NCBI RefSeq assembly: GCF_009914755.1
Contig: NC_060941.1
Length of the DNA: 64,000 nt
Direction: 5' to 3' (one strand)
Origin: the human T2T-CHM13v2.0 reference genome, Homo sapiens
A model generated the notes under the pieces. It worked only from the letters and a program-made list of their open reading frames with translations. It did not search any database and was not told where the DNA came from. This document shows positions 20,001-35,974 of this stretch, in pieces. Made by a program: the position numbers and the translations under genes. The stretch's first letter is position 1, and every line of letters begins with the position of its first letter.

Positions 20001-22126
20001 CCCAGCAACTGAGCAGGCTCCAGCAGGGATGGATGAGCTCACCAGGCAATGGCCTAATGGGTTAACTCTTTGTGAGCTGCTGGCATGGGTCCTCGGACTG
20101 TGGCTTTCTCAGCTCTGCTCAGCCACAATTAGATGAATCTTGTGAAAAATTCATGATGCTTCTCTGCAGTCTGTCTTCAAGTTTCATGGAGGCGTGCGTT
20201 CCGTTGGTGCCTGGGCAGGGCAGCTTCTCCTGACCCAGGCTCAGAAATCAGAGGACCTGGAGTTTCTGGGTTGGTGGAGGTGTGTAGTGGCCATGGTGGT
20301 GGGGATGAGTTGCCAAAGAGTGGATCAGACCCTCTGGCTGACTCAGGCTACACTGGCTCTGTTCAGTGCAGGCCTTAATAATTTGATCTGGGAACTCTCT
20401 GTGTTCTGGATGTTGGAGGGGGCACATGCAGACTTAGAAAACATCCTTGGTTGCAAGATGGCAGGGACACTTCTTGGAACTTTCCAATGCACGGGTGGGC
20501 ACCCTATGTTACAAACTGCCAGGAGCCCACAACACGACTTACCTCCATCCCAGGCCTGACATCTCAAATAGAGGCAAAAGAGCTTGTTCCCCATCGCTCT
20601 TCCAATCATTCCTCATGGTGCCCTGTTGCTTTTTATGGGATGCCTGCTGCCACAATGATGAGAAGAGAATGATGCAAATCAGTGCAAGGAGGATGAAAAG
20701 GTTTTCTCCTCTATAAACCTTTACCAGACTGTGCTTCGGGAAGCTGGGTGTGAGCTGTTGAGTGGCCAGTTCTCAAGATGCTGACGGATACACTGAGGTC
20801 AGCAAAATTGCCTATGATTCTGGAAGGCATGCTGGCTCCTGCCCTGGCCCACACTAACCTGAGAACGTGGGCAGCTGTTGTTCCTCAGGATAACTGGTGG
20901 GTGGGCATCCTTGCTACTGGGAACAGTACCCTGAGGGGCTTCCTCTGTGGTCTGCCGGGAGGGCTTTCCTAGGAGCCATCCAAGGAAGCTGCTGTCAAGG
21001 CAGGTATGAGACTCTCCCATATTTGGCATCTTGAGTTCCTCATCTGTGCAATGAGCAGGAGATTCTGAGCCTAGAAGGCTCTGTAGAGGTTGCTGTGTGA
21101 TCCATGCCTAGAGAAGCAGAGAGCTAGGAGGATGAGCCTGTCCCCTGAGCTGCTGTGAGGGATCAGGCTGAGTACGCCCTCTGTCCTCTGTGAAGATGAG
21201 CGTCTCTGCTCAGGGCAATGAGCAGGGAGAGGCCTGCCTTGAGTGTCCAGGGGAACTTGACTTTGAAGGTTTTTGAGGATGTGAGTTGCTTTGCCTTAGG
21301 TGCCTCTGACTTTATACTCAAATCAGTTTGTAAAACCAAGTGGCCTGGCTCGCAGAGGAACCCTAGAGTGAATTATTTTGCAATGCAAATAATCAAATGA
21401 TTTATTTATTTATTTTTACAAAGTTCGGGCTATTCCCCCACCCTCTGCAGGGCACGGCAGTGTGGCAGAGTAATACCATCCTAAGTTAAACCCTTATTCA
21501 TCACTCCCTCCATGTCAGGCACTCTTCTAAGCACTTTATATATATAGCAATTCACTTATTTCCCATACAACTCCATGAGGTAGCCATGTGAGGTATATTG
21601 CTATCTCTGTATTTGGCCTTGGACGAATTACTTCTCTGGGCCTTAATTTCCTCATGTATTCATTGAGTGGGATCATTACTACATCACAGAGCTTTTATGA
21701 AGATTAAATGAGAAAATGCTCATAGCAAGTGCTTAAAGAATATATACATAATATATATGCACATAATGCACATGTGTATAAGTACATATTTAAATATAAA
21801 TGTAAATTGGAGGGGCAGCAAGCATCAGAGGAGAACATGTCCGGGGTAGAAGCTGTTCTGTCTGCAGACCCCCTTCCTAGCAGGACAGATGAGGAGGCAT
21901 GAGGAGCCATCATGGTCCCTGGGCAGCTGACTCCAGTGTCCCGGGATGAAGAGGCCGCTACTGCAGCTGTGGTGTTGAAGGGAATGGGAGCAGGGATGGT
22001 CACTGCCTGGGGATGGCTCTTAGCCTCTTATCCACAGTGCCCTAACTCTCCACCCTGTAGCTGCTCCTGCTCAGCGCTGTGCCCCCTCACCTGGCCAGTC
22101 CAGTGTTGCACGAGACAGTGGTAAGG

Positions 22127-22240
22127 TAGGATGACCAGCCATCCAGGCTCACTGGGTACTGATGGATTTCCTGAAATGTGGGACTTTCAGTGCTAAAACC
22201 ATGAAAGTTCCAAGCAAACCAGATGAATTGGTTTCCTTAG
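22127..22240. mobile_element. MER81-like MITE
   Basis: taggatgaccagccatcc...gggactttcagtgctaaaacc...gaattggtttcctta. Confidence 0.7.
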
Positions 22241-22344
22241 TAAACACTTTTGGGCAGTGGCATGTCATTTGGAACATCCGTCCCTGTGCACGTGGGCTGT
22301 CTCCTTCTGGAATGTTCTTTCTGTCAATCTTTATGTACATATGT

Positions 22345-22651
22345 ATGTATGTATTTATTTTTGAGACAAGGTCTCACTCCTGTTTCCCAGGCTGGAGTGC
22401 ATTGGCGTGATCTTGGCTCACTGCAGCCTTGACTCCCAGATGCAAATGATTCTCCCTCCTCAGCCTCCCAGTAGCTGAGATTATAGATGTGCACCACCAT
22501 GCCTGGCTAATTTTTTTGTTTGTATTTTTTTTGTAGAGATGGGGTTTCACCATGTTGTCCAGGCTGGTCTTGAACTCCTGGGCTCAAGCAATCTGCCCGC
22601 CTCAGCCTCCCAAAGTGCTGGAATTACAGGCGTGAGCCACCGCGCCTAGCC
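22345..22651 (-). mobile_element. Alu (AluJ-like)
   Basis: Dimer with ctcctgggctcaagcaatc. Confidence 0.9.
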
Positions 22652-22989
22652 CATCTTCATTTAGCTGACGCAGTCAGTCTGGCCTTGGCCCTGCACAGCC
22701 TCTGGGCCTTCGCTCTTCTGCTCTATTATACTTCTTGATGACTGTCTGTCTGTCCCCTACTTACATCCCCTAAACTCCTTGGAATAGTTTTTTTTTTTTT
22801 AATAAAAAGTGCTTATTACGAAAAATTTTAAACACACACACGTGTGCACGTTACCTAATGAACTTCCACAATCCAGCTTCAACAATTATCAACGTTCATT
22901 CTTTTTCATATGTCTCCCTTGTGTATGTACAGTTGACCCTTGAGAACAACACAAGTTTGAACTTCGAGGGTCCACTTATATGTTGGCAA

Positions 22990-23284
22990 TTTTTCTTCTT
23001 TGAGATAGGGTCTGCCTGTCTTCCAGGCTGGAGTGCAGTGGCACTATCCCAGCTCACTGCAGCCTCGAGTTCCTGGGCTCAAGCGATCCTCCCACCTTAG
23101 CCTCCTGAGTAACTAGGAACACAGGCACATGCCACCATGTCTGGCTAACTTTTAATTTTTCTGTAGAGATGGTGTCTTGCTATGTTGCCCAGGCTGGTCT
23201 TGAACTTCCATCTTTAAGCGATCCTCCTGCCTGGGCTTCCCACAGTGCTGAGATTACAAGGAATGAGCCACCATGCCTGGCCTG
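22990..23284 (-). mobile_element. Alu (AluJ-like)
   Basis: Diverged dimer, reverse complement. Confidence 0.9.
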
Positions 23285-23430
23285 GATATTTCTTCCATAA
23301 ATATATTGACTTTTTTGAGACTTGTGACGATTTGAAGAAACCTACATACAAACTGCATAGCCTAGAAATATTGAAAAAATTAAGAAAAAAGATAGATATG
23401 TCATAAATGCATAAAATATGAGTAGATACT

Positions 23431-23745
<315 letters not shown>

Positions 23746-24109
23746 TTATATGTTAATTGACTCTTCATCTTATCAGTAAGGCCTCTGGTCAACGATAGGA
23801 TATTAATAATTAAGTTTGGGGGAGTCAAAACTTACATATGACGTTTTTACTGCACAGAGGTTGGCACTCCTAACCCCCACATTGGTCAAGATACTTTATT
23901 TCACTTAGTATTTTAAAGTTAATTCTATACGTCTCTTCTTCAGTAAAGCCTTGCAAATAGAGAGTTGTGTTTCCCTAACAGATGACCTCCTTCCTTCTTT
24001 TTTGAAATAATAACCACAGTGCCATCATAACCATACATGAAGTTGAAGCATTCTTAAAGTGAATACCCATTCCACATTCACATTCCCTTGATTGTCTCAA
24101 AACAACGTT

Positions 24110-24481
<372 letters not shown>

Positions 24482-24919
24482 TAGTAGGTCTGCCTCCAGC
24501 ACTTCTTTTGGCCTCTAACAGCCTTTCCCTCTTCTATTCATAACATTTATTTATTGAAGACACAGGACTTCTGTCTTAGAGAACTTCCCTCATTCCAGAT
24601 TTGGCTGCCTGCTTCCTCACGGTGCCATTTATCACTTGCCTGCATTTTGCAAGGGCCGTGTCTCAATTTCCACTGTGGCCCTGGATCCTAGTACAATGCC
24701 TTGGCCCAGGAGGGGTGCCCAGTCAATGGTGAATAAGGAGTCACATGAATATTCATAAGGTACCTGGCAATGCATAGAGGGCTTTGGCCCACATGCCGTT
24801 CGGCCAGGAGCTACATTTTCTGTTTGCTTCTCCCTTGTGATGCTGGAACTGGTTACTGAGCCAAAAGACTCTGAATGCCATGGTCATTTCCAACATCCCC
24901 TTCTAACTGAGTGCTCCCA

Positions 24920-24924
<5 letters not shown>

Positions 24925-24950
<26 letters not shown>

Positions 24951-25259
24951 CTTTTCTTTCTTTCTTTTTTTTTTTTTTTGAGACAGAGTCTTGCTCTGTC
25001 TCCCGGGCTGGAGTATAGTGGCGCAATCTCGGCTCACTGCAACCTCCGCCTCCCAGGTCAAGCGATTCTCCTGCCTCAGCCTCCTGAGTAGCTGGGACTA
25101 CAGGTGCCTGCCACCATGCCCGGCTAATTTTTTGTAGTTTTAGCAGAGATGGGGTTTCACCATGTTGGCCAGGATGGTCTCGATCTCCTACCTCGTGATC
25201 CACCCGCCTCAGGCCTCCCAAAATGCTGGGATTACAGGCGTGAGCCACCGTGCCCGGCC
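24925..25259 (-). mobile_element. Alu (AluSc-like)
   Basis: (CTTTT)n tail plus dimer. Confidence 0.93.
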
Positions 25260-25274
25260 AGTACTCTCATTTTC

Positions 25275-25865
25275 TAAGGGATAATAAGTTAATATTTAAA
25301 ATTATATTTTCTCTTTTTTTTCCTCTTTCCTCCTCTTCTCCTGTGCCCCACTTCCTACTTAGCTCTTTAGGAATGCAGTTATAACCTTTTACCTTCCCTT
25401 CACCAGACACTGCCTATAGGGTAAGCTTATCTAACTGTGTGCGTATTTAAAAGCTCCAGAGTGGAAACCTTTCCCACCAGGAGTTTGCCTTGACAGACAA
25501 AAGCCAATTTACAACCAAAAGTATGCCTGCTACAAAACTCTCTCTCATCTGAAGAGCACCTCGAGACAAGGCCACTTTACAACCTAGTTCTGCCTGCGAT
25601 GGCACCAACTTGACCACTTCTGGTAAGGCAGCCCTGTAGATAAGGCACATATAGATAAGGCACTGGAAGTTACGCAGACCCCCACCTGCTTGTTTCCTCC
25701 CCTGCATACCACGCGTGCAAAATCCCCTTCTAAAAACCCCTGCTTTCTCTTCCAAAAGAGAAGCCGTACCCTTAAGGCAGGAAGCCTGTGCTTCTTCCCC
25801 TGAGCTAGCTTTGGAACAAAGTCACTTTCTTTGTAGCAGATCTCGGGAGCAACTGAACTTGCAAC
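25275..25865 (+). mobile_element. ERV1 solo LTR (MER50-like)
   Basis: cccttaaggcaggaagcctgtgcttcttcccctgagctagctttggaacaaagtcactttcttt resembles the MER50 3' end. Subfamily by memory. Confidence 0.65.
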
Positions 25866-26679
25866 CCAGCTACACTCTCCCTCCCGCCCACGCCAAGGCA
25901 GGGGAATGAGCAAATAGGAACCTTCAGGGTAACTTCAGAGGAGGCGACTGCCCTGAGCAGGAGTTTCCACAGGATCCTGGGTATCTCTTGCCAATGCCAG
26001 TGCAGAGGGGGAGTGAGGTTCTAACCATGGGAAGGAGTCCGGGGTGGGCTGTCAGCACTGGCTGTCGGTGACAAGCCTAACAAAGAGGTGCCTATGTTGA
26101 CATCCTTGTCTTCCACTGTTTGTTTTGGTGTCTTTTTATTAGTCTAATAACCATTAGGTAGCTCATTGTCCTAACCAAACACACAGCAAGCTGAAAGAAA
26201 ACACCACCAACTTTGGGAAACTATTGGAAACTGTGCTCAGAGGGAGTCCCAGCCCCCTCCCAAACTGCGCCCAAGAGCAGAGCAAGATGCAAAGCCAGGG
26301 GAAGTAAGGAGGGAAGCAGGCTGGGAGGGAGGGGCTCCAGCCCCAGGGTTGGGGTGGAGGAGACGAGGCCCCCTTTGCCCATAAGACTCTAGGCTCCTTC
26401 CAAGGAGGGCAAGAAGCCTTTTTTTTTTTTTTTTTTTTTTTTTAAACCCAGGGCCCAGGAAAGTTATGCAAAGCAATTACTCAACTTAGGCAGCCCAGGG
26501 AGGGACCACCATCTTCCAACTGCTCCACCTCCCACTACGTTTGTCTTTGCCTCCTTTCCCTTCCCATCAGGGTTCATGACCAAGGAGACGGAATTCTGTG
26601 AGCCTAAGTCTCTGCTGGTCTGGTCCTCTTGGCTCTCTTGAGAGACCCAAGTACAGGTGACTTCCCTGACTCTGGCTGG

Positions 26680-27350
26680 GCTCCGTAAGCTGTCTTGAGG
26701 CTACGCAGCGTCTAAGGCGTTATCCTTAACCTCCAGCTCCCTCCGGCTTTGCTTTTCTCTCTCTTCTTGACTCTTCTGAAGTTTTTCCTTGTTCCTGTCT
26801 CTCTTCCTCCTGTCTGCTGCAGCCTCACACACCAGACAGTTCTCAAGATGTCCTTCGGGGGAGCCTCCAGGAAGGTCTGTCCCTTCTCTTTCTCGGTGCA
26901 TATAATTGAGCAGTGACGTGGGAGACAGCAGCCCCCTGGGCTCTGCGCCGGGAGCCGGGAGCGCTAAAGCGAGGGCAATTGTGTATGGGGAGGTGGGGAC
27001 GGGGAGCTGGGGACGTGAAGAATGAAGAGACTGGTGGAGTTTACAAGAAGTAGGAGTGGGAGTGGCGGAGGAAGGAGCGTCTTTCTTCGGGGAAGTTCCC
27101 AGGGCAATCGTTATCTGCTGGCCCCTGCCCCTCCTGGGGTGGGGGGCGTCCCAGGAAGGAGCTGGGGCTGAGTGGGACGCGGTGCCCAAGGGCGGGGCTG
27201 TGGTCGAGGGCGGAGGTGGCCTCCTCTTGGGGTGTGCCTGCCACCTAGTGGTGAACTTGGAGCAGTGCTGCTATCTGAAGTCGACTTCAATTATTCCTTC
27301 GCGATCTGTGTCTGGCCTGGTAATTCACGGTGGACTGGAAATTAGAAAAT
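26680..27350. promoter_or_regulatory. Weak CpG island / candidate promoter-like or CTCF element
   Basis: About 30 CpGs in ~670 bp of non-Alu sequence by hand count. GC boxes at 27190-27197 and 27208-27213, TGACGT at 26914-26919, and a CTCF-like CCACTAGGTGGCAG on the minus strand at ~27238-27251. Confidence 0.55.
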
Positions 27351-27565
27351 CGAATCTTACACATTGCTGATAAATACTATCTCACGGTAATATTCATTGC
27401 AATTTCAAAATGTCAAATAATTAAGACCTACTAGTTTTTAAATAATTTAAAAGACTCATGTAGTCATGTATGCATCTCACCATCAAATATTGATTATATA
27501 GGTCTCTTATATACCAGACACTGTTTTAGGTTAGGCATTGGAAATAAAGAGAACTATACAATTTA

Positions 27566-28240
<675 letters not shown>

Positions 28241-28315
28241 CCAACAAAATAAAAGAAACAAATGAAGGTTGGTGGTTAGGATGAGGCTTGGAGGACATAT
28301 AGGAACCAAAGAAAA

Positions 28316-29300
28316 GTGATGGAGGTGATAGAGGTGGTGGTGATGGTGGTAGAAGTAGAGGTGTTGATGGAGATGAAGGTGGTGGTGGAAATGGAGGTGA
28401 TGGTGGAGATGGTGGTGGTGGTGGAAGTGGAGGTGATGGTGGAGATGGAGGTGGTGGTGGTGGAAGTGGAGGTGATGGTGGAGATGGAGGCGGTGGTGGT
28501 GGAAATAGAGGTAATGGTGGAGATGAAGGTGGTGGTGGAAATGAAGGTGATGGTGGAGATGGTGATGGTGGTGGTGGAAGTGGAGGTGATGGTGGAGATG
28601 GAGGTGGTGGTGGAAATGGAGGTGATGGTGGAGATGGTGGTGGTGGTGGAAGTGGAGGTGATGGTGGAGATGGAGGTGGTGGTGGTGGAAATAGAGGTAA
28701 TGGTGGAGATGAAGGTGGTGGTGGAAATGAAGGTGATGGTGGAGATGGTGATGGTGGTGGTGGAGATGGTGATGGTGGTGGTGGAAGCGGAGGTGATGGT
28801 GGAGATGGAGGCGGTGGTGGTGGTGGAAGTGGAGGTGATGGTGGTGGTGGAAATGAAGGTGATGGTGGAGATGGTGATGGTGGTGGTGGAAGTGGAGGTG
28901 ATGGTGGAGATGGAGGCGGTGGTGGTGGAAGTGGAGGTGATGGTGGAGATGGAGGCGGTGGTGGTGGTGGAAATAGAGGCGATGGTGGAGATAGTGGTGG
29001 AGGTCTTGGAGGCAGTAAAGTTAAAGGCTGGAGGCCATGCAGGCTGTGGTTGTGAAGGTAGAGCTGACAGAGGTAGAAGTGGTTGCAGTGGTGATGAAGG
29101 TGGTGATGATGAGGAGAGTCGCGATTGTGGTGGTGGTTATAGTGTTGGTGAGTGTGATGATGATAGCACTGTTGTTGTTGGATGTGTTAGCTTTGGTTTT
29201 GGTGATGGTGATGAATGTGGATGGTATTGGCAGAGGTGGGTGTGGTGGTGGTGGTGATGGTGGTCATGGTGTAGTGGTAGTGGTAGTGAGGGAGCTGCAG
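28316..29300 (+). repeat. Complex triplet-based VNTR / low-complexity (GGT/GAT/GGA)n
   Basis: Reiterated gtggaagtggaggtgatggtggagatg-type units to ~29000, then a degenerate GGT/GAT tail. Confidence 0.95.
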
Positions 29301-29739
29301 ATGGAGATAGAGGTGGAAGTCTGATCTTCAAGTCATCCATAGCTGCTGCTACCACACAGGTCACTGCTAAGCCTCCACTGGTTCCCATCTTTATGGCCTT
29401 TCCAGGGTTGGAGACTCTCATCTCTACTTCTACCCATTCTTGGTCCTCAGAAATCCTTCTACTGCTTCCATACTGCCTCAGGGCACAAAGAATTGCTGAG
29501 CAGCCATCGGAGGTGATACGTCTCTAGAGATATAAACAGCTCCCTCTCATTAGGATCTGGTCACTTCCCTGCTTCTTTTCTGGAACTCCACTTGGAGTAA
29601 GAAATTTGTTCTTCTTTGCTGTACTTTTTCCAAGATGCAACTGAGTTATTCATCAATATGGGCCTCAGGCCAGGCAGTGGGTTGCAGGGACCCTGTATTG
29701 GGAAAACACCAATGTCTGTGTTTTCTTCTTACTCTTTGT

Positions 29740-30103
29740 TATGTGTTAAGTATGCCCCCACCCCCAAATTCATAGGTTGAAGCTGTCGTAACCCCCAACG
29801 TGATTGTATTTGTTAAAGAGGTAATTAAGGTTAAGTAAGATTATAAGGGTCTTAATCCAGTACGATTGGTGTCCTTAGACGAAGAAGAGGCACTAGGTGC
29901 ATGCCTACACAGAGGAAAGCCATGTGAGGACACAGCGATAAGATTGCTGACTGCAAGCTCAGGAGAACTTAGAAGAAACCAACCCTACCAGCACCTTGAT
30001 CTTGGACTTCCAGCCTCCAGAACTGTGAGAAAGTAAATTTCTGTTGTTTAAATCACCCAGTCTATGGTAGTTTGTTATGATGACCCAAGCAGAATAATGC
30101 ATA
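29740..30103 (+). mobile_element. MaLR LTR (MLT1A-like)
   Basis: cccccaaattcataggttgaa...ccagcaccttgatcttggacttccagcctccagaactgtgaga. Confidence 0.85.
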
Positions 30104-32486
30104 CCATGATTCTCTTCCATTCTCTCAACTCAGGACATCCTTTCCCAGTGTTGGGGTGGTGGAGGGGAATGACATAGATGTTCGTGGATGGAGAGAAGGC
30201 CTTCCTGTTGTTAAGACTTTTTTCTTAGCTCCATCATCCATGTGACATGCCCTTGCATTCTTTTTAGTGTCTGGGCCAGTCTGCCATGGCTTTTCAGAAA
30301 GCAGGGCCCAAGCACACCTTTGGATTCAACCTGAGTGGGTTCTAACCAAGAATACCAGTGAACACACCCCATGGAAGGGGCCTCATCAGTAGAGGTTGTA
30401 TTCCGAATACTTGTGAACATTTTTTGGTCTGAGATGAACACAGCATTCCCTCTTTGGAGCACTGTGGGCATTATATTTGCAAAAGGGAATAATGTTAGGC
30501 TCCTTCAGAAAAACAAAGTGGTGCACCAGCATCTCAGCTGTGGAAAGAGCTCAGACCTTGGTAACGTTTCAAAGTACCATGGATGTGAGGGACAGTCAGT
30601 GACCACAGAAGGAACTTGGCCAAGGAAAAAGAGACACGTAGTGTCAGGCAAAGCTCAGAAAATTTCAGAGAATTAGACTGGGAGGCAGACCATCTCAGCC
30701 TGGAGCTAGCTTACTTTTGTACTTCTTGCATGAGACAGTCCACATTCTTACTGTTTAAGCTGCTCAAAAGGGTGTTTCTGTAACTACTTGCAGTGGAAAG
30801 AAATGTGTCCAGAATCTCTCAAAACCCTGAATACCACAGTGCATTGGCAGGGCAGGCTTTATATGGCCACAAACAACAATAACACTGGAATATTCTATTC
30901 ACTCATTCCCTCAGGTCATGGTTTCCTACTTGAAAGCACCATGGATAAGTCCCTTTCTGCTGTTTCTCCCCAAAACAAGGATATGCATCATGATTTCTTG
31001 AAGATTCCACCATTAGTCATAGACGGGCCTGAAAAATTGTACAAATTAGAAGGTAGTAAGGCACCTTCACTGGACCTCTGCTATATCTCTAAGTATATAT
31101 TGGGATGGGGAAGGGTGAGTGAATAATTACAATAATAATTAATAAGAACAAGTTCTTTTCAGTCCGAGTTGCATTTAAGAAAAGCTATGAATTCTTCCCT
31201 GATCAGTCCAGAAATGCATCTCTGGAGCTATGGCTATTGAGTGATCTTTGTTGTAACATAGTTTTCCTTAAGTCAGATTCACTGGGAAGAGGACTGCCTT
31301 TAAGTCCAATCCAAGGGATAAACAGTTCATCAAATATAACAGTTTATTTGTCTACATGCTTCCTTCCCTTCTAGTCAGTTTAGCTTCTCCAGGGCAAGAG
31401 ATTCAGCCCCTGCCTCCCTGTCTCTAGCACATGAATTCATTCAAGAAATGTTTCCCCACTACCAGGCTCCAGGATGCTTCTGTTGCATGGGAAATCAGAG
31501 ACACATAGTGCCTGCTCTTCCCAAGCATTCAGACTAGTGAGAAAGGTAAGCATTAAATAGGTCATTACTCCAGTAATTACTCAATAGTGACTAGAACGAA
31601 GAGGTACGGGAGCTATAAGACTATACCATGGGAGGACCTGACCTAGTTCATAGAGTATCATGGAGGCGTCCCAGAGCAGGGACCATTTCAATAGAGACCT
31701 ACAAGCTAAGGTCTTGGCATTTGGTATCCTGTTAGCAGGGGGAGGCTCTGAGCCTGGGTAAGACTGACTTAGAAAGGTACTTGGCAGGAGGTCAGAAAAC
31801 CAGGCAAAAGAGGCTCAGATGAAACTGGAGTCATAAGCAGGGGCCAGAGCTTGGTGCACCTTGTAGACTATGATCAGCCATAATAGAGTCTTTGTACATG
31901 TTAGCTTCCATGCATGAATGAATGAAATATCAGAAAGGTGTCGTTCCTTAGGTACCCTTGGGTAGCCTTATGTGGGTTTCAGGGTAGCAACACAGTGGTG
32001 AAAATGTTCAAGCAAGGGTGAAGAAAGAAGTATTTCTACGTAAGCCAAGGAGGAGATAAGAATGGACATGGGCAGATTGTACACTTCTTGATGGAGCAGA
32101 GACACCCCAGGGTGGAGATAGCCTGAGTTAGATATCAGTCTTTGGTGCCTATGGAAGTGATAATGAGGTAGGATCAGGCCTACAATTCACCCGCCTCCTT
32201 CTCCTCCAAGATCCAATTCCCCTCCTCACTTTCTTAAGATACCAACATGATCTCCTGAGGGCAGGGTCTAGGGACTTTGCCCTCAGGAGATCATGCTGCC
32301 CACTTTAGAGTGCCTTGAACAGTCTCAGAGACAGACCTCCCTCTGTGCACCAGCCAGGAGGTGCTATATATACTTAACCATGGACTATTCCTGAGACTAA
32401 GACTTCTAGCATTCACCTGCAATCTCTCTTTCTTTCTAACAGTTGCAATTTTGGTGAGGTGGAAGGGGGCGGCAGAAATATTTCTA

Positions 32487-33730
<1,244 letters not shown>

Positions 33731-34260
33731 TATCCAAGTGGAAACATTTAAAAATTACCACGTTCTTAAAGAAGGATGTGGTTTTGAGACATAGTTCAGG
33801 AAAATGAAACACCAGGAGAAGTTGCAGTTGGGGCTTCCAGGAGCACCTCCTAAATACCTGGCTTGTTTTCCCTTTACACCTTCTGCTTTCTTACCGTCTG
33901 GACTGTGAGTGCCACTTTTATTGCTGCAGTGGCCCTCTGAGGACAATGAAGAAGTCTTGTGGGTGGAACTGAGCAGTAAAAAGGGTGAAAACAGAAATAA
34001 AAGGAAATTGGAGCATTGAGAATATTGTGGAGCCACCAGGACAGCCCAGGACCTTCTACTCCTGAACTAAATGATTAAAAAAAAAATCATTATCTGATTT
34101 AAGCCACTGCATGTTTTTTTGGGGGGAGGAGAGGATTTCTGTCACTTACAACCAAATTCTACTTACAAACAAATATAACCAATTCCTAACTGATGCAACT
34201 GCTATGTGTTAGGCAGTCCTAGGCACTGGGGAAAGAAATTCATGTGAAAAAGTCACTATC

Positions 34261-34821
<561 letters not shown>

Positions 34822-35974
34822 TCAAATTAAAATAAAATGTCTTCTGTAGGGAGAGAATGATGATGAAGGACTTTCTGGATTTCTAGCTGGGTTGGAGGAC
34901 AAAGCCAGTTGGGTAGGGCACTTAGGCACTAGGCTCACATGGGGAGCCTCAGCAGATGGAGGCAAGCTGTGGGCACATCTAGTGCGGGTGTCTTTGCAGT
35001 CGCTTTCAGAGCACACAGGGCTTATTGTGGCATTGATTACTGGAGGCTCTGGGTGTTCAATTTGGCTTGAAAATGCCTCTCCCAAAAGTCAGAATAGCAA
35101 TTAAGAAAAGCGTGGTGAGAGTACTAACCCATTTAATTAATGAGGTCATTTGTTTTGCTGAGAATCTTACTGAGGTCTATGAGGAGGGCTTGCTGCCGTG
35201 GATTACAACCCCAAAGGATGGACGTTTTTTCTGTTTAGCCCTAAAAGTCCAAATCTCATCCTGCAACGCCAGTCACTGGTTTGAACTGACATTCACTTGT
35301 CCTTTCACACTAATTTCTCTGCGGACCTGTTTGATTTAAGCGGTCCTCCCTGGTGTGAGGTTCTCAAATGGATTAGATAATTTCAGCCAGTGTTTGTAGT
35401 GTACTGGACCCCTGTCCAAAGAATAACAATGAAATTAAACAGCTACAATGTCCTGCTTTTTCCCCTCTACAGTAACAGAGGACAAAATCCTGGAACGTGT
35501 CTCCAGCATTCGCCAAGCCAGTGACTTTCACACACTCTTATCTATTTACATCCAGTTCATAAAGATGACCTCGGTAATACAGACCCATGCCAGAGCTCTG
35601 CAAGCTTCACTAGGACCTACAAAAGTAACTGAAAGTTTAAAAAAAAAACTCTCCAAAACTCAGAAAGAAAATATTAACAAAATCTTTTTCAAGGTAACAT
35701 TAAGTCATTGAGTCCACTAAAATTCAGTGCATGGTTATATTATCATATATAAATTATGTCCCATGTGGGCATATTTTGATTGCTATTTTTAATATGCTGT
35801 GAGGTTGAGTGTCTCCAAATATGAAGATAATTCGTGACCTTGAAAGTTCTAAAATGACCTTGAGTCTACTTGCTTCTTGAAATCTAGGTAAGGTTATTCT
35901 TTGAACTTCCTATGGAAGTTCAAAGCCCTCCCTGTGATTTCTGCAATTTCTATGTTTCTGCCTGGGCATGGCTT

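Noticed and set aside
26701-27370. 162-aa and 104-aa ORFs in the GC-rich island
   Set aside because: Expected in GC-rich, stop-poor DNA; non-ATG starts and no homology recognised.
28316-29257. 313-aa Val/Glu/Met-rich ORF, the longest in the window
   Set aside because: A by-product of a triplet-phase low-complexity repeat; no splice, domain or promoter support.
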